Assembly: GCF_009914755.1 (NCBI RefSeq)
Contig: NC_060934.1
Source: the human T2T-CHM13v2.0 reference genome, Homo sapiens
Direction: 5' to 3' (one strand)
DNA length: 64,000 nucleotides
The position numbers and the translations under genes were made by a program. Shown one piece after another: positions 46,621 to 61,542 of the stretch. Numbering within the stretch: the first letter of the stretch is position 1; each line of letters starts with the position of its first letter. The notes beneath the pieces were generated by a model. The model saw nothing but the letters and a program-made list of their open reading frames with translations. It was not told the DNA's origin and ran no database searches.

Positions 46621-47810
46621 TTAATCTGAGGTGGAGGTTTGCAGTGGATTAAGTGTGGCCTCTCTACAAAGGAAGAAGTTGAGTTCTGTTAGTCCTAAGC
46701 ACAATGAGATATTTGATGGTTATTATAATTAATTCATAGAGGCAAACATTGCACCTAACTTTAGTCACTTTGGTATTTGGCAAATCAAGCAGATTCTCAG
46801 TGTCGGTACTCGGGATTGGTTAAATGCTGTTAACTATTTTAAGGATTTTTACTTTTAAAAAATGTTAAGGTATGGGTGTCCTAGTTGCTATTAAGAGTTG
46901 TGTGAGCAATTATCTAAAACATTTTGTAACTAAATCATACAGGGAGCCAGTATTTGAAGAGCACAGTCATACTGAGACTAAAACTGCGCTATACTCTATT
47001 TCTTTTGTAATTTAGTATTTTTTTAAAAAAATGTTTTATGCCAAAAGTTTTAAGTTCCTTCTTCAAAAAAATGAAAGAAGTAGGTGTCGTGGATATGCGT
47101 AGAGATTGAGATTCTAAATTAGAATACATTATTAAGAAGGAAGCTATCAGGGAAGAGATCGGTTTCTTCATTAGGGTTAGTAACCCAATATAGTTTGTGG
47201 AGAGGTGGAAAAAAATCAATATCATGCATTAGTACCTGTTTTACTTACGTAAACAGGAACCTATGAATAGGAGCTTATAAACCAGTTCTATAGGACCTCA
47301 GATATTAATTGAAATATACTGCCAATTGTGTGATAAGCTGTTATACATTATGTGTGTGTGTGTATATACATATAGATGTGCTGATAATGTAAATTTGAGG
47401 TAAAAATTAGTAAAATACCTAGCAAGACACTGTTAAGGAATATGCTGTTTATTCTTGCTTTTAACCTACATTTGTAAAAAACCAGTTAGGTGCCAGCCTA
47501 TGTCTTAGGGCTTGACTGAGGCAGCAGATGATTGAAAGTCAGTCTGTGTTCTCAAAGAACTTGGCCTCCAGTGGAGGGAAAATAAACTTTGAGTGTCTGA
47601 GGGGCATTACTTGGTGTGTTGACAAGAAATGAGAGCCCACATCTGAGGCTGGTGGGTTTGGCTTCTGCAAAGACGGTTTGATACCATGAAGAATGTGTGA
47701 AGGGTGAGGGGTAGTGCATTTCAGACACAAGACTATATGTGTAAACACATGTCTGTTAACCCCAGAACTCCCAACAAGTCAGGCATAAACCTTTACAATT
47801 AGTCGAATAA

Positions 47811-48239
<429 letters not shown>

Positions 48240-49008
48240 ATATTTTTGTGTTTTTAAATGTCTAGTCTTTGCTGGGCCATTAGCTCTAGGAGTGCAAGGT
48301 TCATATCTGTCTGTGACAACTGTATCCACAATAACTTGTGCAGTTGCTGGCACATAATGGATGTTCAGTAAATACTTAGTAGACAAATAATGCTTCTATG
48401 GGTGACATAATGGTGTTATGGAAAGCATATAGTAGTTCTGTTGAAGAAGAGAATGTGGTTTAATGCATGATTTTAAGTATGATTTTCCTTTCCCATTAGG
48501 TGGAATTTAGCCATCTAGACAGTAAAGAACACACATGCCTCTTGAGTTGCTCACCTCTGTTTTCCCCTGCCTACAGTGGTTTGGAAGACATAGATAACTA
48601 TGAAATAGGACATTTTGGGTGAGGTTAGGGTCTAAAGTTAGCATGGAGTTTAAAAATCTTGTATAGTTGCCGTTGAGAAGCCAGATGGTGACTTAAGTTT
48701 AACCTGGTTATCTTTTCTTGCAGCTTTGGTTGAGTACCAAAGAGTTGGTCAGTTCAGAGAGTTGGCTTCTGCAAAAAATACCCATTTTCAGATAGTAGTA
48801 TATCACTGTTGGTAATTTGTTCATACTGTGCCAAGCATGTATAAACTGAGACTTACTGAGAGAGGAGGAGATTCATGTCTTTTCCTATATGTTCACTTTG
48901 TAAGTATATTTTTATAGAGTGGAATGATGGGTGGAATCACCTATACCATTAATGTTCCTCTAGCTCTGGAAAGTAATTTTACTTTGTCTAAATTCAAATA
49001 TATATGTG

Positions 49009-49200
49009 TTGGGAGGCTGAGATGGGAAGATCACCTGAGCTCAGGAGTTGAGGCTGCAGTGAGCTGTGATAGCACCACTGCATGCTGGCTTGGGTGACAG
49101 TGAGACCCTATCTAAATATATATATATGTATATATGTGTATATATATATACATATACATATATGTATATATATATACACACACACACGTGTATATATATA
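49009..49200 (+). mobile_element. Alu right-arm fragment followed by a (TA)n/(CA)n microsatellite
   Basis: gggaggctgagatgggaagatcacctgag...gagaccctatct, then TA/CA repeats. Confidence 0.75.
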
Positions 49201-49893
49201 TTTATTAATTATACACAGACACGTAATGTGATTGCCTCAACTATTCCCTCCTCCACCATCTCCACTCTTTTCAGGTACAGAAGTTCATTTATTTACAAAC
49301 AGTTTTAAGTTCTGAAAGGCTGTTCATAAATGCTTTTTGTAAATAATCGCTAACATTTTCCTTTGGTGTCAGGCATTGCTGAGAAACTTTCATTTTGATT
49401 GGTTGCCTTGTTCATATGTACAGAAGCTTATGAGTTGAAAGTAGAGGAGTTTCTGTATGTGGGACCTGTGAACCTAGGCATTTACTGTCTCCTGGTCCTA
49501 GGACCCTGCTTTGCTTAGTGAAGTTTGCTCTTCAGAAAGATTCCTGTAACCTTCTCCCACTGGAAATGACTCAAGACCAGGAATATCTAATTTTCAGGAC
49601 ATACACTTTTTTGTCCCAACTTTTTTTTTTCTTTTTAAAAAGTGCTTTATGTCCAAAGGATTACTTAATTCCCCTAGGATGAGTTAATTCAGGCATTACT
49701 GTATCAATAGTATTTTATACAGTTGTGGAATTGGGAGGGGACTTCATTTATCTCCCCCTGGTGCACCTGCAACTCTGAAGGGTCCATTGTATCTGGGGGA
49801 AACAGAATGGAATGTAAAAAATGTTTAGTTGATTTATGTGAGGGTCGGGTCAAGAACAGGTTAAACTAATTACGATAATAGGGGTTAAAATAG

Positions 49894-50060
49894 AGCAGTG
49901 GTTCCACAGTGTTTGTGTGTATCAGAATCACCTGGAAGGCTTCATTAAAACAAGATCTCTGGGCTCTACAGAATTGCTGAGCACTATATCTAAGGTAAGG
50001 CCTTAGAAAATCTATTTTTAACAAGTTTCTAGGTGTTATTGATGCTACTGCTGATCAGCC
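49894..50060 (-). mobile_element. MER5A copy A
   Basis: cagtggtt...atcagaatcacctgga...ttaacaagtttctaggtg..tgatgct. Confidence 0.8.
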
Positions 50061-50268
50061 TTGGTCAGGGTAGTTAGAAGTTTATGATTTTGCTAATTCA
50101 AGAGTCCTTTGTCTTTTGTAGGAGGAGTTAAATGTAGAGATCCAGGGTTTGGGAGTTCTCTGAATAGGGGTATATAAGTGCTCCTGAGAGAGAATGAAAA
50201 TGAATGCTAAGAGAAGGAGGATAATGTGGAATGTGCTGAAATTTATTTCCTATCTCTTTCCCTGATGA

Positions 50269-50602
<334 letters not shown>

Positions 50603-51153
50603 GGGGTTTACTTTTTTAAATGGAAGTTTTATATGGATGTTTTCAAACATCATGTGTAGAGAAAACAGCATAATTAATCCCTGGTGTTATTTACCACTTA
50701 CCTTTTAATAGTTTCAGTTTTAACTGTCACACTCCCTTTTTTGAGGGGTGTTTTGATATTTAATGGAGTGTTTCAGATTTTCTTACTTTGTGATTCTATC
50801 TTTTTTTCTGTATTTATCAGTTGTGGTTCTTCTATAAAGAAGATTTTCCATCAATTTTTTGGTTACTTTGAAATACAAGAAGAGCAGGATACATGCTTAT
50901 TTCTTTTATCAATTTGTAGAATAAGTTGTCTTTGCAGTAAGGCTTATTTTTACTATTTATAGGAGTAGAAGCAGTTTGAGGCTTTTAATTTTTTAAGAGA
51001 AGCTTTAAAAAATGAAGTATAACTTACATACAATAAAATACATAAATCTTAAATGATGTACTCTTGGTGAATTTTACACCATCCAGATCAAGTTGCCAAT
51101 GTCTCAGTCAACCCCTTTTCAGTTAGCCCGCTCTTGCAGAGTTAGTCTCTGTC

Positions 51154-51346
51154 CCAGGGATTTCCAACGTATGAATTCCAGATCGGCAGAATCAACATCA
51201 CCTGGAAACTTGTTAAAAATACTTTTTCCTAAGGCCTTACCTTTGATATGTTGGTTCAGAAACTCTGGGAGTGGAGTCCAGAGATCTTGTTTTAATGAAG
51301 TCTTCCGGGTGATTCTGATACACACAAGCACTGTGGAACCACTGCT
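51154..51346 (+). mobile_element. MER5A copy B (inverted relative to copy A)
   Basis: catcacctggaaacttgttaaaaat...tcagaaactctggg...ggtgattctgat...gaaccactg. Confidence 0.8.
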
Positions 51347-52137
51347 GTATTCTAACACATATTATCATAATTACTTTAATCAGTTCTTGACCTTACTCTC
51401 ACATAAATGGATCAACTGAACATTTCTCCCATTCCATTCTGTTTCCTCCACATGCACTGGATTTTTTTCCTGTGCCCCTGGGTGAGAAGTCTTGCTGCTG
51501 CTTCCCCAGCAGTTTAAGGCTTTTGCTTCAGAGGACAGAAGGAGGCAGGGAAGTGAGAGGGTTTGTGTTTGTTCCAGTGCAGGCTTTCATCACCTCCTGC
51601 ATGCCTGTGCCGTTAAGAGGGGGCTTTCTTATATGTTTCTCTTGAATGCTAGGTTGAGGCCCATGAGGAAGAGCTTGCTGTTGTGCTAGTCCACATTTGG
51701 CTTTTAAGCAGACATTAAAATGTTAGCTTATTACTCCTTTTTATGGTGGTCATTTCTGTCTTTTATGCTCAGCCAAAAGTGAAACTGTTAAATGTCCCGT
51801 CTCTCCTGGGAGGGGCTTGTCTCCCTTTGGAATTTGGTTGACTTGCTTGCCTTACAATAACAGCTTTCTGATGGGCTTATGAAAGGTTATGATTTTGAAG
51901 ATTATCTGGCTCTTCCAGGTTTTTAGGTAGGAGTGATATTAATTGCAGCTTTTTACATCGAAAATGGAAATCTGACCTTCATATAAATGGAATCACACTA
52001 TATTTATCCTCAAGTCTCTGGATTCTCTTGTTTAAAGGATCCTGTTAGTTTTATCTGTATTGTTGCATATAGCAATAATTAGGTCTTCATTACCATGTTG
52101 TATTCTATTATGTAGAAACTACCACTAACATTTTTCT

Positions 52138-52428
52138 TTTTTTTTTTTGAGATGGAGTTTCGCTCTTGTTGTCCAGGCTAGAGTGCAGTGGTGCAATCTC
52201 ACCTCACTGCAACCTCTGCGTTTTGGATTTTTGGATTCTCCTGCCTCAGCCTCCCGAGTAGCTGGGATTACAGGCATGCACCACCATGCCTGGCTAATTT
52301 TGTATTTTGAGTAGAGACAGGGTTTCTCCACATTGGTCAGGCTGGTCTTGAACTCCCGACCTCAGGTGATCCGCCCACCTCGGCCTCCCAAAGTGCTGGG
52401 ATTACAGGCGTGAGCCACCGTGCCTGGC
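52138..52428 (-). mobile_element. AluSp
   Basis: TSD cactaacatttttt. Confidence 0.85.
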
Positions 52429-53257
52429 CTCACTAACATTTTTCTATGAAACTATAATTCTAACGTATGTAGATGTTTACAAAATGTTTCATGTTTAGGT
52501 ATTTACTGTTTGTCATATACTGAGCAAGCTGGGGCTTGAGTAGTGTATTCTGGTGAATCAAACCCAGTATGTGCCATTAGTGAATTTATGGCCTAGTAGT
52601 CTTCCATCCATGTTAATGTTACTCCTGTTACTGTTCTTCCTGATGCTGGATCTCCTATGGCCCTGTCCCTACTGCCCATTTAATTTAATATAGGGAACTT
52701 TGCTCAAGCAGATCCTGTATAGACTGAAATGTTAAATGTTTGCTTGTTTTGATTTGACCTGGTGTTTGTAAAATGTCTGTACTTAATTGTTATAGGTGTC
52801 TACTATTTTAAAAGGCAGTATATGGGTCAATATTGACGTAGTTTGGCATGTGTCATCTTTTCCTAGCCCTCTGCACATTAATGACATTTGCATGCCCCAC
52901 AGGTATTTGAGTTTTGTGTTCCTATACCAACTGGTAAAATTTGGAGGGAGAAATTTTTATGGTTTGGCCAGGGGAACTTCTGGTTCCTCTTGTTAGTATT
53001 TTTGTTCTTTTAAGTTTAAATTTCAGGAAGTAATATACATTGGATCTGCATAATAACCTTATTTAATGTTCTTAAACCACAAATTCCTTTTGAGCTTAAC
53101 TTTTACAAGTTACTTTGAACTCCATTTATGTGAGTGAAAATGAAGTTGTAGCTGGAGCACAGAAAGGTCATATTGATACAATAAAGAGGCTTTGTGTTGA
53201 GCATGGCATGTCCTCTTTAAAACTTTGAAGAATCTGGAAGTAAGCGCACCATTTTAA

Positions 53258-53790
<533 letters not shown>

Positions 53791-54295
53791 TAATTGCTAT
53801 AATCAAGCCTTTGAATCAGCTTATGCCACAGATGACAGCCAGGAAAAAATGGGAAAAGGGGATATGAAAGAAGTAGTTGAGTAACACAAGGTTAAAAAAA
53901 ATTACTTTAAATTCTGATCTAGTTGTCTGAACTTGAAAGCAGATTTCCGAAGTAACTGCTTATACGTGTGTAGTCATCAGTATTGTTGTTCAGTTAATTG
54001 CTCTTGTACTTAGTAGTGAGTTTATGTCTGTTTAAACCCCTAAAATGCAGACAATTTATACCTTCTAAAAAACTATTTGAAAAACTAAAAAAAGACAGTG
54101 AGTGGGTGGTTCCTCAGATGATGAGGTAATGGATATGAAAGGAGTTTGAAAAAGTGACAGCTCTTACTGTTCTTCTGCTAAATTTCTGTAATTAATATCT
54201 AGGTCCTTTGCAGTCTTTATGGTTTTCCTCTGACATTAGCCATTCAGTCCCTTCCTTCATTCTTGTCCCTTGTTGTTAGTAGGCTTCTCAGAATA

Positions 54296-54889
54296 CAGGC
54301 AGCATCGCTTAACGAAGGGGATCTGTTCTGAGAAATGCCTCCTTAGGCCATTGTTGTTCTGTGAACATCATAGAGTATACTTACACAGATGCAGATGGTA
54401 TAGCCTACTACACACCAAGGCTATATGGTATACTATCTTGCTTATAGGCTACAAACCTGTACAGCATATTACTGTATTGAATACTGTAGGCAGTTGTAAC
54501 ACAATGGTAAGGAATTGTTTATCTAAAGTTATGTAAACATAGAAAAGTTACAATAAAAATACTATATAAAAGAGAAAAAAATGGTATACCAGTATGGGGC
54601 ACTTGAATGGAGCTTACAGGACTGAAAGTTGCTCTGGATGAGTTAGTGAGTGAGTGGTGAGTGAATGTGAAGGCCTAAGACATCATTGCACACTAGTATA
54701 GACTTTATAAACTCTGTACAAACAGATACAATAAATATGTAAAAAATAAAGTAATTGCATTACAATGTTACAATGGCTAGCATGTCACTAGGCTATAGGA
54801 ATTTTTCAGCTCCACTGTAATCTCATGGGACCATCGTTGTAAATATAGTCCATTATTGACTGTAACATCATTGCTTGGCTCACTGACTG
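54296..54889 (+). mobile_element. Tigger3-family (Tigger3c-like) DNA transposon
   Basis: cag..catcgcttaacga.ggggat..gttctgagaaatgc start and ...tgactg end; TA TSD on both sides. Confidence 0.8.
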
Positions 54890-54919
54890 TATTTCATTCC
54901 TTTGTCATGAAGGCAGTTT

Positions 54920-55140
54920 TCATTGGCCCTGGAATCAGGTAAACTTGAACCCGAATCCTCTTTGACAGTTTATGAATTTGTGACTTTGGACAAGTATATT
55001 AGCCTCTCTGAATCTTGGTTTTAGCTATTTAAGATGGGAAGAAATCTACTACCTTATAATGTTATGAAGATTAAACAAAAAGTATGAAGTGGTAAGCATG
55101 GTACCTATCATGTAAGTGCTTAATAATATTTGCTGCTGCT
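54920..55140 (+). mobile_element. MIR
   Basis: tgtgactttggacaagt...ctctctgaatcttggttt...gtaagtgcttaataa. Confidence 0.6.
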
Positions 55141-55227
55141 TTTCCCTTATCCAATTGTGGATTTCTTTTAAAAGCGAGAAGCTTGATTTACAGTTTTAAA
55201 AAAAGGCATTTATAAGTATTTTTGAAT

Positions 55228-55531
55228 TTTTTTTTGTTTTTTTTTTTTTGAGATGGAGTCTGGCTCTTTTGTCCAGGCTGTAGTGCAGTGGTATGATCTC
55301 GGCTCACTGCAACCTCTGCCTCCCGAGTTCAAGTGATTCTTGTGCCTCAGCCTCCCGAGTAGCTCAGATTACAGGTGTGTGCCACCATGCCTGGCTAATT
55401 TTTGTATTTGTGGCAGAGACAGGGTCTCACCATATTGGCCAGGCTGGTCTCGAACTCCTGACCTCAGGTGATCTACATGCTTCAGCTGCCCAGAGTGCTG
55501 GGATTATAGGCGTGAGTCACCACGCCCGGCC
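55228..55531 (-). mobile_element. AluSx-like
   Basis: Reverse dimeric Alu. Confidence 0.85.
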
Positions 55532-56589
55532 TGAAAAAAATTTTTAAATATTAAATACCAATACTGTAAATTTGCTATACTTTAAAAAATTATTCTTGCA
55601 GAAACTAAAAAAAAACTGACATTTTCAAGCACTGGTCCAGATATTAGTCTTAGTTCACCACTAAATTAAAGCTCACAGATGGTATTAAAGTGTCTCAGAG
55701 ATTATATCATTAGATGATGTAGGCAACATATATTTTTTCAAATTGTTAATGAATGGATTTTTTAGACACCTAACAGATTACAGTTTAGGTAAAGTGCATC
55801 AAAGACAGCATGGCTACCAAAATGAAGCAGACTCACAATGTCTATTTTATTTTATTTCAAAATTATAAGCAAATATAAGGGAAAATTTCATGAACTTTTA
55901 AAGACAGATGGTAGCTCATCAACGAATGAAGTGATAATATTCATAACGTAAACTTCATAGTGGAGCTGTCAGACTAGTTTATCTTAAGACCAAAGTTCAA
56001 GATGATTGATGTGATTTGTGTTGCAATTATTTGTACATTTAGAAATCGTTATTCTTCATAGAGAATAGCACATTCAGGTTCTAACATTATTCTTTTCCCC
56101 CACAAACTGGTGGAACCACAAACACCAGTAACAGTGTGTCTCTCTTGTGGGCTCATCTTGTGCCTCTAAGTTATTAATACTGAAGATGCTCTTGGGAGAT
56201 AACATGTATCACCCTCATCTTAGGCAGGAAAATAGAGGCATAGAGAAAGGAAAGAATATAATTTTCTTTCCGTGGTCTACTTGTGACAGGCGGGGAAATG
56301 TTAAAGCCTTTCTGACTCACAGGCTCTTTAATCTTTAACATGTATTATTTATTGATTTGCAAAATGACCCTAATATGTAATATCAATACCAGTTTTCTTA
56401 TGTTTATACCGAAAGTGGTTGTGGGTATGGTAGTATGTTTTGTGGAAAAGACCATTATCAAAAATGAGGAAGACAGTTGTCTGGCATGGATATTGCCACT
56501 GTCCCTTGCTCTGCTCCTGGCAAACATTGCTGCTTGATCATGTCACTACTTCAGAAGCTAGATTTGACCTCAGCATCCTTTTTGTTTTT

Positions 56590-56733
56590 TAAAAATTTTA
56601 ATGTTAAATTTTTAGTAGAGATGAGGTCTCACTATGTTGCTCAGTATGGCCTTCAACTCCTGAGCTCAAGCGATCCTTTCGCCTCAGCTTCCCAAACTGT
56701 TGAGATTACAGGTGTGAGCCACTGTGCCCGGCC
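56590..56733 (-). mobile_element. FLAM_C
   Basis: Single monomer. Confidence 0.75.
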
Positions 56734-57539
56734 TCGGAATCCTTTTCAACATATTGCCCAAGGGAGCTATTACCAGTCAATCACAGGTCCACAAAACAAA
56801 GTTCTTTTTTAGTCTTTCCTTACTGTTGAATTAATTTACATTAAGAGATTATGAATTTACTTAAAAGTTGAGGATCTATTAAATTTGTAGTCCTGTAGCT
56901 GGCCTCAAAGTACAGTATATAAGACTTAGTTTATGTTCTCAGCAGGTTTACTTTCCTGTGGGTCAAATAGACATGCACACAATTAGAAGACAAACTCAGC
57001 TATATTATTGCTGTGAAGAGAATAGAGAATGATGTAAGATTAATTTTAACTGGAAATGTTGGTGGATGTGGTGATTTTGGACTTTGAGGATAGAATCTTC
57101 CAAGGGGTCTTTAGCAAAGGCAAAGAAGTTAGAAAATATAGGATGGATTTTGGGCAATGACAAATAACGTATCTTGGCTTAAGTATATAACAAGGATAAG
57201 GTAGAATCAAATAGAGTAGCTTGCTCCCTGTACAATGAGTTTTGGGTTTTATTTTGTTGTTCCTAGTCTCACAGATGGTTTTTAATCAGTAGAATGACGT
57301 GATCCAGATCTTTGCTTTAAGAAGATAACTGCTGACAGTTTGAATAGAAGTAAGGTTGGAATCTTGACAAATGTAGGAATCCTTGGTAGTAGTACAGGAA
57401 GAAATGATGAGCATAAGAACTAGAATTGTGGAATGGAAGTGGTGAATTTAGAATAAATTTTTAATGGTAAAATTAATGTGATTCCTACAGGATTAAGTTA
57501 TCCCCAGAGGCTCCAGCATTTCTTTGGAAGGTTATCCAG

Positions 57540-58800
57540 TTATTTCCTTTGTATATTCCAAGTTTAAAAAATTTTTTAAAGGTGATTTTTTTTCTCTACT
57601 TGTATTTCTGGAGAATTATTTCTTTATCCTTGGTATTTCATTAACTTAAATAGGATACGTATTTGCATCTGTGATTTGATATATTTTTTCTTTCCCTCCA
57701 TAGATTTTTTTTCACCTTTATTTTAGGGATATTTTCTATTATGTCCTCCTGCCTTTTCTCTTCCATTTAATTAGTTATTCTACTTCAGGGATACTAATTA
57801 TCTTTCTGTTCAGCCTTTGTCCTACATTTTCTTTCTAATTCAATATCTTTGTCTTTTTTTTCTCCTCGATACTTTTTTTTTTTTGAAACAGGGTCTCACT
57901 CTTTCAGCCAGGCTGGAGCGCAGTGGCTTGATCACGGCTCACTGCAGCCTCAACCTCGTGGGCTCAGTTGATCTTCCCGCTTTAGCCTTCTGAGTAGCTG
58001 GGACAACAGGTGTGTGCCACCATGCCTGGCTAATTCTTGTATTTTTTTTGTAGAGATGAGGTTTTGCCATGTTGTCCAGGCTGGTCTCACACTCCTGGTC
58101 TCAAGTGATCAACCCACCTTAGCCTCCTCGATATACTCTTGTTACCTTAAGATTTTTCTCCTTGCCATTTGTTTAAGTCTTTGCTTCTTTTCCTTGCTTT
58201 TTTTTTTTTTTCTTTCAAATTCATTGTTCTTCTTAATTGGTTTCCTTAACGCTGAAGCCTTTCTTTTCAATTTACCTGTTTTGTCTTTTCATCTTTGGGC
58301 TTTTGTTTCATTAGATGCATGTTCTTATTAGGTTGTTCTGTGTTACAAGAAACTGTTTATATGATTGTATGGGCATTTCTTTTTGTCTTGCTCAGGCTTA
58401 ATTTGGATACCTAGGTCAAGACTTCGCTTTTGCCCTTCTGTGGCCCTATGCTTTCCCATCTCCTTAGATTGCGTTAAATGTCCTATACCAGTCTCATTTC
58501 ATACTGCTGAGGGTACAGTACATGTCTATGGGCTTCAGATCCTTCCCTCAACTCAGTATAGGGACTTAGAAGTTGGCAGATCCTGGTGATGCCTCTGCCT
58601 AGGTTTTGAAGCCTCTGTGCTCGGGATATTTTTCCTCAACTTTTGTAGGGCATGGCAAATCAAATTTTTTCTATCCAAACTAGAGGTATTTCTTAAAATT
58701 TTCAAGTTTTTTAGTTCACATTTCTTTCTCACTACTGCTTCCAGGCAGTAATCAGGCTGCCAGTCATACTGTACCATACAGAATTTTTTTCTGTCCGCTA
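57540..58800 (-). mobile_element. Old L1M fragment interrupted by AluJ
   Basis: T-rich degenerate L1 (ttctttatccttgg; ttctacttcagggatactaatt). Confidence 0.5.
57874..58127 (-). mobile_element. AluJ (5'-truncated)
   Basis: Reverse Alu; flanking ctcctcgata repeat. Confidence 0.8.
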
Positions 58801-59169
58801 CTTTTTAAACTTTATAAGTTCTTAGTTTAAATAGTTTTTTGTATTACAGTGTGTAACTGATAGGTTTTCTGCTGAAAAAAACCACATACACACAAATATA
58901 TATATATATCTCTTAGTTGTTGGTAACAGGACGTTCTTTAGTCTTTTTTCACTCTATACTTGAACATTTGTACGATTTTCTAAATATTTACTTTTGACAT
59001 AATAACATGTATTATAGGAACTCTACTTCTTAGGCCAGGGTTGACTTGGAATCAGTTGTTTTAAAAATAAAAAAAAATTCTCATGGCTTTAGTAATTAAG
59101 GTTTTTCGAATGTCTTCTAGCTTTTATAAAACCATGTATTTTTTTAAAAAAATAATATGTTCTTTAATT

Positions 59170-61135
59170 ACCTTTTATTTCACTGGCTTTAAGGGAACAG
59201 GTGATTTTTGGCTGCATGAATGAATTGTGTAGTGGTGAAGTCTGAGATTTTAGTGCACGTGCCACCCGAATAGTATACATTGTACCCTACTACATTGTGT
59301 AGTTTTTAAAAAATCTCTCATCCCTCTCCCATCATCCCCCTTTCTGAGTCTGCAGTGTCCATTATTCCTCTCTGTATGCCTTTGCATACCCATAACTTAG
59401 CTCTTAATTACAAGTAAGAACATGTGGTATTTGGTTTTTCATTCCTGAATTACTTCAGAATAATGGCCTCCATCTCCATCCACGTTGCTTCAAAAGATAT
59501 TATTTCATTCTTTTTTATGGCTGAGTAGTATTCCATGGTGTATTTTTTTAATTCACTCATTGGTTGATGGGTACTTAGGTTGGTTCCACATCTGGCAATT
59601 GTGAATTTTGCTGTGATAAACATACATATGCAGGTTTTTTTTTTTTTTGATACAGTTTTCCTTTGGGTAGATACCCAGTAGTGAGATTGCTGGATCAAAT
59701 GGTAGATTTAGTTCTTTGAGAAATCTACATACTGTTTCCCATAGAGGTAGTACTAATTTACATTACCACCAGCAGTACCTAAATGTTCCCTTTTCATCAC
59801 ATCTATGCCAATATCTATTGTTTTTTGACTTTTTAATAATAGCCATTCTGGCTGGGATAAGGTGATATCTCATTGTGGTTTTAATTTGCACGTCCCTGAT
59901 GATTAGTGATGTTGAGCATTTTTTTTTCATGTTTCTTGGTCATTGTATACCTTCTTTTGAAAAATGTTTGTTGATGTTATTTGCCCACTTTTTGATGGGA
60001 TTATTTTTTTCCTTGCAGATTAGTTGGAGTTCCTTATAGATTCTGGATACTAATCTTTTGTTAGATGCATAGTTTGCAAGTATTTTCTCCCATTCTGTGG
60101 GTTGTCTGTTTACTCTGATTATTTTTTGCTGAGCAGAAGCTTTTTAGTTTAATTAGGTCTCATTTATTTTTTTGTTGCATTTGCTTTTTGTGTCTTAGTC
60201 GTAAATTCTTTGCCTAGACCAATATCCAGAAGAGTTTTTCCTAGGTTTTCTTCTAGCATTTTTATGGTTTCATGCCTTGGATTTAAGTCTTAAATCCATC
60301 TTGGTTGATTTTTGTATATGGTAAGAGATAGGGATCCAATTTCATTCTTCTACATGTGGCTATCCAGTTTTCCTGGCAACATTTATTGAATAAGGCGTTC
60401 TTTTCCCAATTTTCATTTATGTATGCTTTGTCAAAGGTCAGTTGATTGTATTTGGCTTTATTTCTGGGTTCTCTACTCTGTTCCTTTGCTCTATGTATGT
60501 ACTTTTATACCAGTACCATGCTGTTTTTGTTACTATAGTAGCCTTGTAGTATAATTTGAAGTTGAGTAATGTGATGCCTCCAGATTTGGTTTTTTGTTTA
60601 AGATTGTTTTTTGGTTCCATATGAATTTTAGGATTGTTTTGTCTAATTCTGGGAAAAATGATGTTGGTATTTCGATACAAATTGCATTGAATCTGTAGAC
60701 TGCTTTGGGCAGCATGGTCATTTTCATGATATGGATTCCTCTAATGCATGAGTGTGGGATGTATTTCCATTCGTTTGCATTGTCTGTGATTTCTTTCAGA
60801 AGTGTTTTGCACTTCTCCTTGTAGAGATCTTTTACTTCCTTGGTTAAGTATACCTAGGTATTTTATTTTATTTTTTTGCAGCTATGGTCAAAGGGATTGA
60901 GTTCTTGATTCTCAGCTTAGTCATTGTTGGTATGCTACTGATTTGTGTACTTTGATTTTGCAACCTGTGACTTTACTGGATTTATCAAATCTTGGAATCT
61001 TTTGGAGGAGTCCGTAGGATTTTCTAGATATATAATCATATCATTGGCAAACAGAGATAGTTTGACTTCTTCTTTTCCAATCTGAATGCCTTTTATTTCA
61101 TTCTCTTGCCTGAGTGCACTGGCTGTGGCTTTCCA
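59170..61135 (-). mobile_element. L1PB-family fragment (3'UTR and ORF2 C-terminal part)
   Basis: Minus-strand ORFs match L1 ORF2 ([27 protein letters not shown]; [11 protein letters not shown]; TAWYWYK; EYYSAIKKNEI); L1PB-type 3'UTR. Confidence 0.9.
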
Positions 61136-61503
61136 TATGTTCTTATTTTTAAAGGAGAGACTTTTACCCAAAATGAAAAAATTATTTGGATTGGAAATTG
61201 GAAGAAGTACTCTGTAAGTATTATTTTTTACATAGTCAAATTTGGTGGTTTAATTTTATTTCTAGATTTTGCTGTCATTCATAGCATACATTTATAAAAG
61301 TTTATAAAAATGTTCTTTATTTTCTTCCAACATAAAGTTATTAATTTAATTAGTGCATTCGGTATTTGCCAGGAGTTCTGTAGGAATCATGAGTAGCTTT
61401 TGGGTTTTTCTGCGTATAAAAGTGTAAGTATCATATTATGTAATAATTCATGTAATTATCCTTATTTAGGAATGTTTAATGTACTTCTTTTTTCTCTTCA
61501 CAG

Positions 61504-61542
61504 ATTCTTTCAACTTTTAAGAACAAATGCACCTTATAGCTC
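61504..61542 (+). other. CCSER2: 5'UTR part of CCSER2 exon 2 (39 nt)
   Basis: tacttcttttttctcttcacag| acceptor immediately upstream; main ATG at 61543 (ctcATGg). Confidence 0.85.

Noticed and set aside
49262-49280. Possible recursive splice site (cttttcag|gtacag)
   Set aside because: The reconstituted donor is weak and the intron is only ~42 kb; no further support
59450-61171. ORFs with reverse-transcriptase-like motifs
   Set aside because: Fragmented L1PB ORF2, frameshifted and truncated, so inactive
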